Shown piece by piece: positions 31,284-45,112 of a DNA stretch of 64,000 nt (the stretch's first letter is position 1; every line of letters begins with the position of its first letter). The notes under the pieces are model-generated. The model made no database searches and was not told the DNA's origin. It saw only the letters and a program-made list of their open reading frames with translations. The DNA is from the human T2T-CHM13v2.0 reference genome, Homo sapiens. The stretch lies in NCBI RefSeq assembly GCF_009914755.1, contig NC_060931.1; one strand, given 5' to 3'. A program made the position numbers and the translations under genes.

Positions 31284-32559
31284 AAGTGCTCACATCCAGG
31301 TTTAAATGTCCTTGGAGCCCACTGCCTCTTACTAGATGCTGCTTATTGAAGTGTTTGGGATTCCAGACTCTTGACCGAGAAACAAATACATTATTCAGGA
31401 CATAATAGGTTAACAAGAACAGTGCATGCAGGAGCCTTGATATATCCAGACAACAAGCACCCTCATCCTCAAGCGGCTCCCCGGGCTTGAAACTCAACAA
31501 TACATTGTGAAGGCGAGAGCAGGAGTCAGGAACCAGTGAGTTGATAATTCTTTTGAGACCTTCCTGTGATACAGCAAAGTCCATGTGTAAGAAGCTCCTG
31601 GGGATTTTTCCTGCTGAGTGGAAACACAGAATTTTCTCCTAAATATTTAGAAAGAAGATAAACAAGTCCATCATGGGCAGACGTCCCTCTGAAAACTCCA
31701 GGCACTGATGGAGGGTGGCTGAGCAGAATTGAGCACCTGATAAGATAATCACTACTCAGGAAGCACCGCCTCCCAGTTATTCATTCATGAAATATCTTTT
31801 CATTTTAAGGACTGTTCACCAGGCAAGGAGAAACAACACTCAAAGACAGGCAGTTCCCAGTCTAATGACTGCTTCTCAAACTGTGGAAGCCCTTGGATTA
31901 GATTCATCTGGTGCTTATCACAGATGCAGATGAAAAGCCCTGCCCCTGGCCAGCAGAATCACAATCTCTGCAGCTGGGGCTGCATTTTGCACAAGCTGGT
32001 ATATGCATTTTGTACAAGCTCCCTGGATGCTTCTTGTACACAGTCAAGGTTGAGGACCACTGGGTTCAGTTGATAGACAAGGACAATACAATGTGATAAG
32101 TGGAGGGGCACCCAAAATTTTGGGAGACAATAGAGCAGCAGTGCTTAACCCAACTTTTGGAAACGGCTTTTAGTGAAATAGCAGCTATCCAGGCTAAAAA
32201 GAAGCAAAGAGCTTTCTAAATGAAGCTAACATGCTGTGGGAGAGAGGCAGGTTATGTGATCTTTACTGAACAAGGTAGAAGATTAGGAGAAAACCCAAGT
32301 AATAATCATTTCTTCTACTCTTCATTGCATGTGAAAACATACTTCTAATTCTTGTGCCAACTTCTGATTCAATCAAGAAACAACATCTGACAGCAACACT
32401 TCCATAAGTCTCATTGTAATTCCAGCAACTGCAGGGCAATTAGGAACTGGGTTCCTAATTGCCCGTCTAGGTTTCCATATGTGATTAATAGGAGGCCTAT
32501 AATTTAACCAACTGTTTACACTTGTCATCTGTAAAACCAGAATAATTATCAAGAATTAG

Positions 32560-33450
32560 GCAATGCAACACCATGTACCTCTTGATATGATGAGCCAAAA
32601 AGGACACATCATTTCTCTACATTTCTGCCAAAAATACAAAACTCGAATCTGATCAGCAGGATATGTGAGAGAACCCCAAACTGAAGACTTTTCCTAAAAT
32701 AGCTGTCCTGTACTCTACAAAAATGTCAAGGTCACAAAAGATAAAGACTGAGAAATTTCTAAAGATCAATGGAGATCAAAGAGACCTGACAATAAACATA
32801 GTACATGATCCTGGACAGGATATTACACCAGAGAGAAAATAGCTATAGAGGATCTTATTGGGACAACTGATGGAATTTGAATATGGATTACGAACTGTGA
32901 ATTTGACGATAGCATTATACCAGTATTCAATTTATTTCTGGTTTTATAAATGTACTGTGATTATTATGTAAGAGAATGGCTACAATCTTAGGGACATACA
33001 CACTGAGTGTTCAGGGGTGAAGGGGGATGGTGCTTCCAGGGCTCCATCAAATGGTTCAGAAAAAGTAGGTACAGAGTTCTTTGTACTATCCTGGCAATTT
33101 TTGTGTGTTTAAAATTGTATCAACATAAAATTACTTGTCAAAGCTATCAGGCCATGAAAAACAAGGAAAGACTGAGAAATTGTCCAAAACGGAAGGAGAC
33201 TGAGGAAACGTGACAATTTGTATCCCTGGATTGGATCCTCGAACAGAATAAGGACATTAGTGGAAAATCCGGTGAAATCCAAATAAAGTTGGTAGTTATG
33301 TTAATGTGATGTACCAATGTCAATTTCTTAGTTTTGACTAATGTACCAAGATTAAGATATTAACATAAGGGGAAACTGGAAATAGGGTATAAATGTAAGC
33401 ATATACAATCTTTGTAATTTTCTGTAAATCTAAAATTATTCCAAAATAAG
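32560..33450 (+). mobile_element. L1MC4/5-type 3' ends (two related segments)
   Basis: aaagactgagaaat ... atcc(c)tgga motif occurs twice (about 32745 and 33168); ends tctaaaattattccaaaataa. Confidence 0.7.
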
Positions 33451-33569
33451 CAGATAATTTAAAAATATATATATTAAAACACACACATAGCAAAGGCCAT
33501 CTCCAAAGGCAGAGAACACTACACTAACCTCACAGGTAAGGAGGAGGACTGTCTATCAAGAGCTGCTGT

Positions 33570-33905
33570 CTTAAAGCAGAGGTTCCCAAACTGCACTGAC
33601 CATGGCAGAATCAAAATTAAATAGTTTACCAGAACCACTAAATTAGAGTCTCTTGGGATGGGACCACTGAAAATAGTTATTTCGAATAAGTGCCTGGGTA
33701 ATTCTGATTAGTACTCGGGCTTGGGCACCAGGTATCCAGCTCAGCACGTCTCAGATTGAACTACACACAGGGATACCCTGGAGATCTTGTTAAAATGCAG
33801 ACTTGGGTCAGGAGGTCTGGAATAAGACCAGAGATTCTGCATTTCTAATGTGCTTTCGGGTGATGCCCAAGCATGTGGTCCAAAGCTCCACAGATTGAGA
33901 AGGGC
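33570..33905. mobile_element. Two adjacent MER5-type relics
   Basis: gcagaggttcccaaact..., gagatcttgttaaaatgcagact ... gagattctgcatttctaa. Confidence 0.65.
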
Positions 33906-35334
33906 AATGCAACAAGACAGAGGGCCCCAGTGCATGCCACTGCGGGGCATTCAGGACCTCTCTACACGTGTGTGAGACCAACTTCCATCTCACTGAAGCC
34001 ACTGGTCTCTTAGGCTGTGGCCAAACCTAATCCAAACTACATTTAGTCTGCACCGAGTATCTCCAAACATTTTCTTAAGGTAAATTTTAACTAGCATCTC
34101 AAACCACATATGAAAGCAGATAAGCATCTGTTGCCTGACTCAAATATATCCGAAACTATTAGGCATCTCTACTTTTCTCTGTTTGTATAGGTTCCTTCTT
34201 GAGTCAGTAGAAAACTACCTCAGAGAGCAGTTAAAATGACAATGATGTGTGGTCTGATAACAGCTTTTTTGACAAAAATCCCAAAAATTTACCCTTTCTT
34301 ACATTTGAGTTTAAGTTCAATTAATTCTGAGCTGACCCGTATAATTCATTTTAATGATTCCTTTGGATTCGCACAATTCCATATAACTCTCGCATTGATC
34401 TGCCACCAGATAATAAAATCTGACCAGGAAAAAAAATTGTAAATCATAATTGTAAAATAGTATGGAGAACATAAAGATTGGAGTTGCCATGGTTATTGTA
34501 ATTTTGAAAATGTAGAAAGCCATCTAGAACCCTATACTATATACATTATGAAACCTGTAAGTATATAATAGGTCTCAACCTTTTATTCCTTAAATCATTT
34601 GCTCTAGAGTGACTACAGTAAAGTGAGGACAAAAGTAACCATTCTGAGATAACCTATAATCAAATAGTGCATGAGAATCACACCATACAATTCTCAAGAT
34701 TCAAGTTAAAGGATGCCTTTATGGGTCAAGCCACTTTTATAAGTCTTCTTGATATTTTTTAATTCAATAAACATTTGTTGAGTATTTACTACATGGCAGA
34801 CAATATGCTAGACACATTGTGAATTTTACACTAAAAATAAAAATTACAATTGGCTGAAATCCAAGACTGAACCCCTCTATACTAATTTCATTACAAAGCT
34901 ATTAATATAACAAAGTACCAATGCATTTGGCTGCTTCTGCAAAAAATGAAAAAAAAGGGATTTTAAAAATTAAGTTTTGTCTTGCCTGTGTTCCAACAAT
35001 CTGCACATATCCATGTGTCATGGCAAGGCAGGGATGGGGCAGCCTCCACTGTGTCAACTGCCCAGGGCCCGATCCACTTGTCCCTCCCACCTCCTTCCTA
35101 GCTTCAGACACAAATCCTGTATTGACACAATCCAAGTGGATGCTGGAAGAGTATAAAAACCCCATCCATCACTGTATGTGCTACAGAAATCAAGCACATT
35201 GCAACTATTATTGCACAGATTTTTCAACACAGCTAGAGAGAGAAAGGGAGAAGAGTGAGCTATCCAAAGTCTATGAAAATTCCAGTATAGAAAGGAAACT
35301 GAAAATAGACACCCAATGCTGTCACGTTACTAAC

Positions 35335-35412
35335 CTGATCAATTTCCATGAGTTTGGGGTAGGCGCCCGGCCATTCTATGGCCACCTTGACGATGTCCGC
35401 GGGTGGCGGCAT
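35335..35412 (-). CDS. ELMO1: ELMO1 first coding exon, CDS part (aa 1-26)
   Basis: Reverse complement reads ACA-ATG CCG CCA CCC GCG GAC ATC GTC AAG ... GAT CAG|gttagt = [26 protein letters not shown], the recognised ELMO1 N-terminus; 78 nt, phase-0 donor. Confidence 0.98.
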
Positions 35413-35485
35413 TGTAAGTCCCCAAAATGTTCAAAGCCAGTGGGAATGAGGATCCTACAGCGTAAACGGCCACACGTGTCTATAC
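35413..35485 (-). other. ELMO1: ELMO1 5'UTR portion (73 nt) of the first coding exon
   Basis: Acceptor cttctctttctttttctgtcattcctcattag|GTATAG at 35486-35487; no upstream ATG in the 73 nt. Confidence 0.9.
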
Positions 35486-36206
35486 CTAATGAGGAATGAC
35501 AGAAAAAGAAAGAGAAGTCACTCAGTGCAGATGCAGGGTGAATTTTGCTTCATCACTTCCTGTTTTCACTGGTGGTTTGGTATGAAAAACGGCTCCCCTT
35601 GGTGCCTGGGTGCTGAAGGTGCAGGGGCACAGCCAACGGTACAATGGGCTCCTGAGGAAAGAAGAAAGATGGGGGTGCCCGTGCCAACGCCCTTGAGTCA
35701 AAGCCGCCAGGAGACGCTGCCCTGTGGGGCACGGCTTGCGCGAATCTTCAGTGGAAAGAAAGCTGTTCCTTACCACTGAGTTCTGCTCTGAATGGTGCCC
35801 AGGGTCTGAATGAGCCAGGCTCACTCTCTGTCCAGACATGCATATAAACGTCTGGCACTCAACAGTCTGAGGAAGGACAGATTGCCCAGGAAGTAATGGT
35901 CAGGAAGCAGTGTTTCTTTAAAGTGTTTTCTGTGTGTCACAAACAGATCTCCACACTATAGCAACCAGGATATCATGAAGAAGGAGAAACACCCTGAGAG
36001 CTCACACACATGCACACCCATACTCCCTCCCCAAGGTCGGTTCACACAATGCACCTTCGGTGGGGGGTGGGGGTGGGGCAGAAAATGTACAGATGTGGAC
36101 TGAATGGCATTCAGAACAGACTTTGAATTCTCACTTGAATGAATCGTGCTTCTTACACAAAGGAGGTAACCATTATCCTCTGCTGCCTCTTCCCAGGCTA
36201 GCCCAT

Positions 36207-36496
36207 TTCTTTTTTTTTTTTTTTTTTTTTTTTGAGGCAGAGCCTGGTTCTGTTGCCCAGTGGCGCAATTTTGGCTCACTGCAACCTCCACCTCTTGAGT
36301 CCAAGCAATTCTCCTGCCTCAGCCTCCCAAGTAGCCAGGATAACAGGGGCCCACCACCACGCCTGGCTAATTTTTATATGTTTAGTAGAGACAAGGTTTC
36401 GCCATGTTGGCCAGGCTGGTCTTGAACTCTGGGTAATCTGCCCACCTCAGCCTCCCAAAGTGCTGCGATTACAGGCGTGAGCCACCTGGCCCAGCC
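36207..36496 (-). mobile_element. AluS
   Basis: Reverse Alu; TSD cccatttcttttt. Confidence 0.92.
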
Positions 36497-36697
36497 CCAT
36501 TTCTTTTTAAAATTAATTTTTTGTTAACAATCATGTGATACAAACTTGTGTGTGTATGTGTGTTTGTGTGTACAAAGACGGACAGTGTAGAGTCTCTTCT
36601 CCCAGTGTCACCCACCTGCCCAATATCTGCGTTCACTTCTTATACTTCCAGTTATCCAAAGTCATTAGGTATCCCTCCAAACTTTCTTCAAGTATAG

Positions 36698-37053
<356 letters not shown>

Positions 37054-38151
37054 AAAAGGGAGCATTCTTTTTGTTTCTTTTAGTATATTTTCTAAATCCT
37101 TCTATGTTAGTACAAAGAGAGCATCTTGATTCTTTTCACAGCTACATAGTAGTTCATTGTGTGGATGTGTCCTATTTGATGAACCAGTCCCCTGCTGTGG
37201 GCCATTTGGGTGATTTCTTAAGTTTAGCTATCATAAACCAAACTGTGATCCATAAACTTATATATAACTGATTTTGCACATATGCAAGTACATCCTTACA
37301 ATAGATTCACAGAACTGAAACTGCTGGGTCAAAACATAGGTGCAGTTAATATTGATAGCCATTTCCAAATTTCTCTCCATTGGACTTGTATGAGGTTGTC
37401 TATTTACACCCAGCCTCACCAACAGAATGAATTTTTGCAAACCTGACAGGTTGAAAAATAAAATCTTAATGTATTTTAAAATTATATTTCTCTTATTGTG
37501 AGTGAGGCTGAACATAAAGAGGAAAAGACACACGCTCCCTTTTTGTGAACAGTCCAAACATTTGTCCCTTTTCTATTGGGTTCTCTTGTCTTTTTTGAGA
37601 AATTGATATCTGTAACGAAGATCTTAAACATGTGCATTTGGTCCTTTACCAGACCAGAGTAGGCCTTGTGAGTTACTATCCCAGATCTCAGCAGTAGCTG
37701 GACATTACTGAGACAATAGAGATAGCAGAGTTAATAATGGAAGCCTCAACAACACCAGCAGTTATATAAATAACTAACTTCAGCGCAGCTGACAAGTAAA
37801 GGAAATGAACCAAAACAAAACCGCTACTCCTTTGGCCAAAGATGATTAGGGAAGCCTGCTGAGAAGCTAATCAGTGGTAACTAGCAAGAGCAAATCTACA
37901 AAGCAGTGGTTTAGTCACTCATTCAACAAATAATTATTGAGCCTCTGCTCAGTGCCAGGTCTATTCCCCATGCTGAGGATATACAGCAGCAAATCTGGGA
38001 TATAGCAACAAAGGATATGAAGAAAAATCAAGCAGCGAAGGAAACTGAAGCCTGTGCCTCTACCAGTGTGGGAGGGGCAGGAATACAATTTTAAACAGGA
38101 AACTCAGAGAAAGGTTCACCGAGAAGGCAGCACCTGAGTAAAGACATCTGA

Positions 38152-38781
<630 letters not shown>

Positions 38782-39984
38782 CTAGGCCAAAAAATCAGCA
38801 AGTGCGAAGGCCCCAAGGCAGGAGCATGCCTGTTATGTTCCTGAAACAGGTGACTTGCTGAAGCCAAGTAAGTGCAAGAACAGTAAGTGAATGTGTTCAG
38901 AGAACTCCTGACCCCCTGGACACTTCCACCACACCTCTTGGTTTGTGACTTCTAAAGAAGGAAGCTGTGTGTCCCTGCACACCTATTCAGAGTGTAAATC
39001 AGCACAGCTTTCCAGAGGGCCTTTGGCAAACTATACGAAAAGCCTTAAAATTTCGCATCCTCTTTGAGTAATTTTAATTTTCTAGGATGTTATCCTCAAG
39101 AAATAATTATTAACCATAGCAATGCCAATTTATAATTCTCAAAACTTGAAAACAATTGAATATCCAACAATAGGGACTTGTTAAGTAATTATAGTGTCTT
39201 CTTTGTGCAAACGCAAGCAAACAATCTGTACTTCGGACTTCCTCTCCATAGTCTGTATGCTCTTTGAATACTTGAGAGCTCTAAGAACAATGCGTTTTAT
39301 CTGTGCTACATTACTTCAGTTCGACATCCAAGTTCAATTACATATCCTAGAATAAGAATTAAGAAAGCAGGCTCTAATGTGCAAACAGATTGTGTGAATT
39401 TTAGGTAACACTATTCAAAAGAAAGCATACACAATCGTGGGGGTTAAGACAGTAAATAATAAAAATTAAAATGCATTTTAAGTACCTTGCCCCCACCTCT
39501 ACATAAAATTGTCTAGAATTACAGCAAAAAAGGTCATCTAACCTTCTAGGAATCAAAGGCCAAGCTTGTTTTTCTACCCCTTTAACTGGTATTTATTTCT
39601 CAGACCGTTCAGGGAAAACCTGTTGAACAGGTGAGAATACAATAACGTGGCTCCAGTGGAGAGTCAGAGGGGAGCTGTACACAAAGCAGCCATTGAGAGA
39701 GCAAAGGAGCAAGGAGGCTTCCCCTTGGGAATTCACTTAACCAAGCCCAATTAGACCTCATCAGTTTTCCCCAACATTAACAAACCACGAGAGAAAGGGA
39801 GGGGGGCATAGCAAGGCTCCTCTGGGATACAGCCAGGTGCACAATTGCAGAATGGATAATCTAGTTCATGTTTTATCCTCAGAAGTCCAGACTTTATCCT
39901 CTTAAATTTATGTTTTCACAAGAAAACAGCACTTAAGGCTTCTATATATAATCACTGTTACTTCTGATGAAATTTAGGGAAGAA

Positions 39985-40120
39985 AGGTTCTAGCCTGGGC
40001 TTTCTCATTCCTGGCACAATTAGCAGCTGGGGCCATACTTCTTTGCTGTAGGAGCTGCCCCGAGCATTGCAGGATGACTGGCAGCATCCCTGGCCTCCAC
40101 CCTCTAGAGGTCAACAGTCC
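39985..40120. mobile_element. MER20 fragment
   Basis: gctgccccgagcattgcaggatgactggcagcatccctggcctccaccctctaga. Confidence 0.7.
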
Positions 40121-40141
40121 CTTCCCCTCAGTCTCGACAAA

Positions 40142-40471
40142 TTTTCACATGTTGTAGAAGGGACCCGGTGGGAGATAACTGAATTACAGGGGAAGTTTTC
40201 CCCCATACTATTCTTACGGTACTATTCTTATGGTATTCTTATTCTTATTCTTATAATGAATAAGCCTCAAGAGATCTGATGGCTTTATAAGGGGAACACC
40301 CTCTCACTTGGTTCTCATTCTCTCCTGTCTGCCGCCATGTAAGAGCCTTCTGCCATGATGGTGAGGCCTCCCATCCACATGAAACTGAGTCCATGTAAAC
40401 CCTTTTTTTCCTTTATAAATTACCCAATCTCCCGTATGTCTTTATTAGCAGCATGCAAACGGACTAATACA
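40142..40471 (+). mobile_element. THE1-type MaLR LTR, 5'-truncated
   Basis: gagatctgatggctttataagggg ... tttattagcagcatgcaaacggactaataca. Confidence 0.85.
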
Positions 40472-42159
40472 GGCGGTAAGCTAGCAAATCCTCTAGGCAG
40501 ATTACCGATGATCAGGGCAACCTATCCCATCCTTGAACTGGACACAAGGCACATGGTCTCATCAGGCTCTCCAGGAAAGATCAGCACACAAGCCCAACTC
40601 CTCTTGGTGAGGCATAACTGAGAAGGAAATACATTCTAAAATCTTCAGCCAACAAAGTCAGCATCCTGGTGTCCTATGCTTCCCCCAGCATAACTCTGGG
40701 GTTACTAGACTCCCTTTGTCAACTTCTCCCCACTACATCTGGAGTACTCTAAGGGCAAGGTCCACATCGCATTCACAGTTACAGACTCAGGGCCGCGGCA
40801 GGCAGGCATTTTAATACATAGCTGTTGTATGAATGCATCCCCTCCTCAATGAACATCTCATTAGAGCTACCAGCAGTACTGAGCCTAGTGTTATCAAAAT
40901 TACCAAAGTAGATAACCTAGTATTACTTAAATTGCCCAGTAAAATACCAGCTACAAGAAGTTGTGTAGACAGCCGGGTACAATAATTCTTATACAAACTA
41001 AAATTTAAGAACCATTAAAGGGAGAAACAAAAGGGAAGTCTAGGCAGGTGGCTAGACATTCTAATCATCATGCCTTCCAAAGTCACTATCAAATCCCAGG
41101 TGGTGGGTAAAGAATGGGCAGAGAATGCTATACCGTTCCTGCTTGCCTGCTGGCTTGACTTTATTCCATTCCAAAAATATGGGAATTGTTCCATGTTTAA
41201 TATTAAGATTCTATCACCTCGATATGCATGTTAAGTGGTGTGTTTATAGTTGAGTGGATTAAATAAAGAGGAATCACTTCTTCTAGAGTTAGGTACTGAA
41301 GTCTGTATAGCAGTAACATCTGACTCTATAACCCGTGAACAAGCCCACTCTTCCACTAAATGTCTCCGTAGGTTGGGTGGCATTTTGAAGACGACAGACA
41401 GAAATCGCTTTGACTCCCACCTAGAAACTCATCTCTCTACACATTGTTCTATGCCCCAAGTTCAACATGCCTCTTGCTGTAGTCTCTTAAAGATCTGTTA
41501 CATCTCTACAGGTTTTTCCATACAGCTTAATTAATTCTTTCGGTTCCACAAAGGTCCCAAATACCTGATCACTTTTTGTTGTTTTTTCTGAATTTCCCAT
41601 ATAGTTTTTTAGTTTTGGGTGACTGCAATGGCTTTGAACCTTTTAATGCTCTTTGTAGTCTTTCTGTTGCACAGTAAACCCTACTGAGAAAAAAATTAAG
41701 CCTGTATGGCCATTCCTGTAGAAGCTGTGTGTTGGGGAAACAAACACACTTGCCCTGGTGAACCGTGTGTCCCCTCCCCTACTGCACTCACAAGCCCAAC
41801 AGATGGGCCAGTGGAGGCCAGGGCAGATCAATGGGAGAGAAACACCAAACAGCTGGAGAAACGATCTGCTTCCACTCCTCAGCCCCTTCCTTCCTCACCA
41901 GAAAAGCTGTCCTCTGTCCCGCTAAGTCATTATCTACTGATGATGGATAATGGGTTTATAATGATGATGGGGATAGTGGAAAGGGAGCTGTTCATCTCAT
42001 ATTTTTAATGTTGAGTTGTCTCTGATAGAAAAAGACATAGACCACATTTTCCCCTTGCATTAGGTTAGGCAGAAAGGGAAAGGGCTTCAGGAGGATCACC
42101 CACTGAAAGCAGCCCTTCCCTCTTGGCACTGCTGTCTTCCTGGAGCCCTCTAGTCTTCA

Positions 42160-42478
<319 letters not shown>

Positions 42479-43365
42479 TGAGAACACCGCCCTGCATGGT
42501 ACACTGAACCTCAGAAGGGGCCACCGAAATAGGCTTTGGGTAAAAGTTTTGCTCTTCTCTTCTTTGTGCTACCATCCTTCTTATGCCAAACAGACTGAAA
42601 TTGTCTCAATACCTTTAGTGTCTAGGTCAAGGAATACATGAAGTCGGTGGTGTGGTCAGCTGACATTATTCAGGATGTATGAGTGTCCAGGTTTGCTGAA
42701 GCCAGTCTTTGTTTCCCATGGGAGCAGCAGTGGTGGGCACATGTCCCCCCACCTGCCCTACACTGGAGGGTCTGGATGGATGGGTATATGGTGGGGGTGT
42801 CATTTCAGGTTCCCGTATCAGGGACCTGATGGCCATTCTGAAGACAGCCCGGGGCCTAAGAGGAAGTTTGTGGCTTCAGAAATGACGGAACACGGTGTGT
42901 TCAGAACAGAATATGCAAGCACTCAGCAGAAAGAGAATAAACAGAGAATGGAATCCAGTGTGGAGGCTCAGTATTTCATTTTCTGTACACGCTAGCCATG
43001 TATGCTAATCTCAGCAACAATTCAGCCCATTTACTTGACAGGTGGGGAAATGTGCTATTAGCTACGGTTGGCTTGCAATATAACGGAAACTTGCAGAGAA
43101 AAGTCTTTGCTTTCCCAGTGTCTGGCATTGACATCATGAAGGCTAGGGGACAGCTGCCAGAAGGAGTGGCAGACAGGCGCCTAGAGCAGGCATGGGGCTG
43201 GGCACCGTGGACACGCACTTTACTCACTCTTCTTCACAGCCCTGAGTGACAGGTGTTATTATTTGCAGTAAATTAATGAAGATACTAAATCTTAACTAGT
43301 TTAAATGACTTCCTTCAAATCCTTAAATCCTCTCAGGTTGATAGAGGCCTCTTTAGTATGAGAAC

Positions 43366-43753
43366 TGTTACAGGTGAATTGTGTCCCCCTCAAAATTTGT
43401 ATGTTCAAATCCTAACCCCCAGTAGCTCAGAATGTAGCTGTATTTGGAGACAGGACCTCGAAAGAAGTAAGTTAAAATTAGGTCTTCAGGCCGGGCCCTA
43501 ATACAGCATGTTTGTCTGTTATCCTTTTAAGAGGAGGAAATCTGAACACAGAAGGTACAGAGGGGAGACCATCTAAGAACACAGGGAGAAGACAGCCATC
43601 TGTAAGCCAAGGAGAAAGCCCTCAGAAGGAACCAACACTGATAACACCTTGAACTCTGACTTCTAGCCTCCGTAACAGTGAGAAAACCCATTTCTGTTAG
43701 TTAAGCACCCCAGTCTGTGGTACTTTTTTATGGCAGCCCTAGCAAACTAATAA
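43366..43753 (+). mobile_element. MLT1B-like MaLR LTR
   Basis: tgttacaggtgaattgtgtccccc ... tatggcagccctagcaaactaata. Confidence 0.85.
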
Positions 43754-43854
43754 AACACAAAAGGCAGAAAGCGTCAAAGAAGAGCCTGATGATTTGATAC
43801 AAGCAAGCTTAAAAACTTCTGAATTCCAAAAACCTTTATAAAAATTTAGAGACA

Positions 43855-43924
43855 GTGCTCGCTTCAGCAGCATATATACTAAAACTGGAACAATACAGAG
43901 AAGATTAGCATGACCCATGTGTAA
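43855..43924 (+). pseudogene. U6 snRNA retro-pseudogene (nt 1-70 only)
   Basis: gtgctcgcttcagcagcatatatactaaaactggaacaatacagagaagattagcatgacccatgtgtaa; 62/70 identity to U6 as recalled; ACAGAGA box at 43895-43901; no PSE recognised. Confidence 0.92.
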
Positions 43925-44043
43925 TTTTTATATATTAAAGTATTTAAAAAATTTAAACACGAATAACAATCTGAAAAAAAATTTGCAATAAATGTGATCC
44001 AACCTAGTATAAATATCCTTAATAAGGATCTCATAAATTTGTC

Positions 44044-44430
44044 AGCTGGGCGCAGTGGCTTGCGCCTGTAATCCTAGCACTTTGCAGGGACCAGGCAGGT
44101 AGATCACCAGGAGTTCTTGCCTTCTGCTGGGGATGAAGCTGAAGCTGAAGCTGTCTGCAGCCATGCTCCCTCCATGGGGAAAGGTCATCCACAATAGGAA
44201 AGAATGAGGCAAGGAGAAGCAAAGACAAGTCAAGAGGAAAACATTCAAAAGGGAACAAGGACAGAAGGCCTAGCTATGTTCAGTTTCTGTTGAGTTTCCT
44301 AACACTTTTCCTTCAGTTCTCTGTACTACCCTAACATCCTTCCTAGATAGACAAACTAATAAATTCCTCATTACGCTAAATCAGCTTGAGTTGTTTCTGT
44401 CCCTTACAATTGAAAAACTCCTAATATATC
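44044..44430 (+). mobile_element. Alu head (about 70 nt) abutting an old MLT1-type LTR fragment
   Basis: gctgggcgcagtggcttgcgcctgtaatcc ... then taataaattcctcattacgctaaatcagcttgagttgtttctgtcccttacaa. Confidence 0.6.
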
Positions 44431-44986
44431 AACCTAACCATATCTGTTTACTGCCCTGAGTTCCAAACTTGTCATTAAATGACTGGAAGGCAAAACAGAC
44501 TGAAGTTACACACTCTAACCTTGCAGTCAAGAGGAAATGGTCTTTTGCTCCCCAATTCTAGAGCTTCATATAGCTGCAAGTCCACATCTGTGACGTAGCG
44601 CTCAGCACCTAGGGCCTGCCTTTCCTCTGTGGGACTGCTATCAGAAGTCACGCATGGATTGCAAGAGTTAGTCTCACTCCAGCATTTCCCACACAGCACC
44701 GCTTCTCTGAGTTATTTATAAATGCAATGCAAAAATAAAGAGTCAGGATTCTTGGAAAAAACTGAATAGAATAATATCCACTAATAACTTACTAGTTCAC
44801 TTACTATATACTTTTAGAGACAATTTTATGAATAAGGTACCATTACTAGCCTATTTTATAAACAAGGAAACCAAGATGTAAAGACATTAAATATCTTGCC
44901 CAAAGTCTCACATCCACATACGGAACCTAGCCAGAATGAAATCTACATGTCTGATTTGATAGCTCATGTTCGTAACCACTATGCCA

Positions 44987-45112
44987 TTTTTTTGTTTAAT
45001 AGAGATGAGGTCTCATTATGTTACCTGGTCTCGAACTCCTGAGCTCAAAGGATACTTCTTGCTGCAGCCTCCCAAAGTACTGGGATTGCAGGCATGAGCC
45101 ACTGTGCTGGGC
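44987..45112 (-). mobile_element. FLAM/Alu monomer
   Basis: ggtctcgaactcctgagctcaa ... ctgggattgcaggcatgagccactgtgctggg. Confidence 0.8.

Noticed and set aside
34921-35499. 192-aa plus-strand ORF, the longest in the window
   Set aside because: Antisense to the ELMO1 coding exon, no recognisable domain or splice structure; likely a chance or shadow ORF
36059-36078. G-quadruplex candidate ggtggggggtgggggtgggg
   Set aside because: Only three long G-runs, so not a canonical four-tract motif
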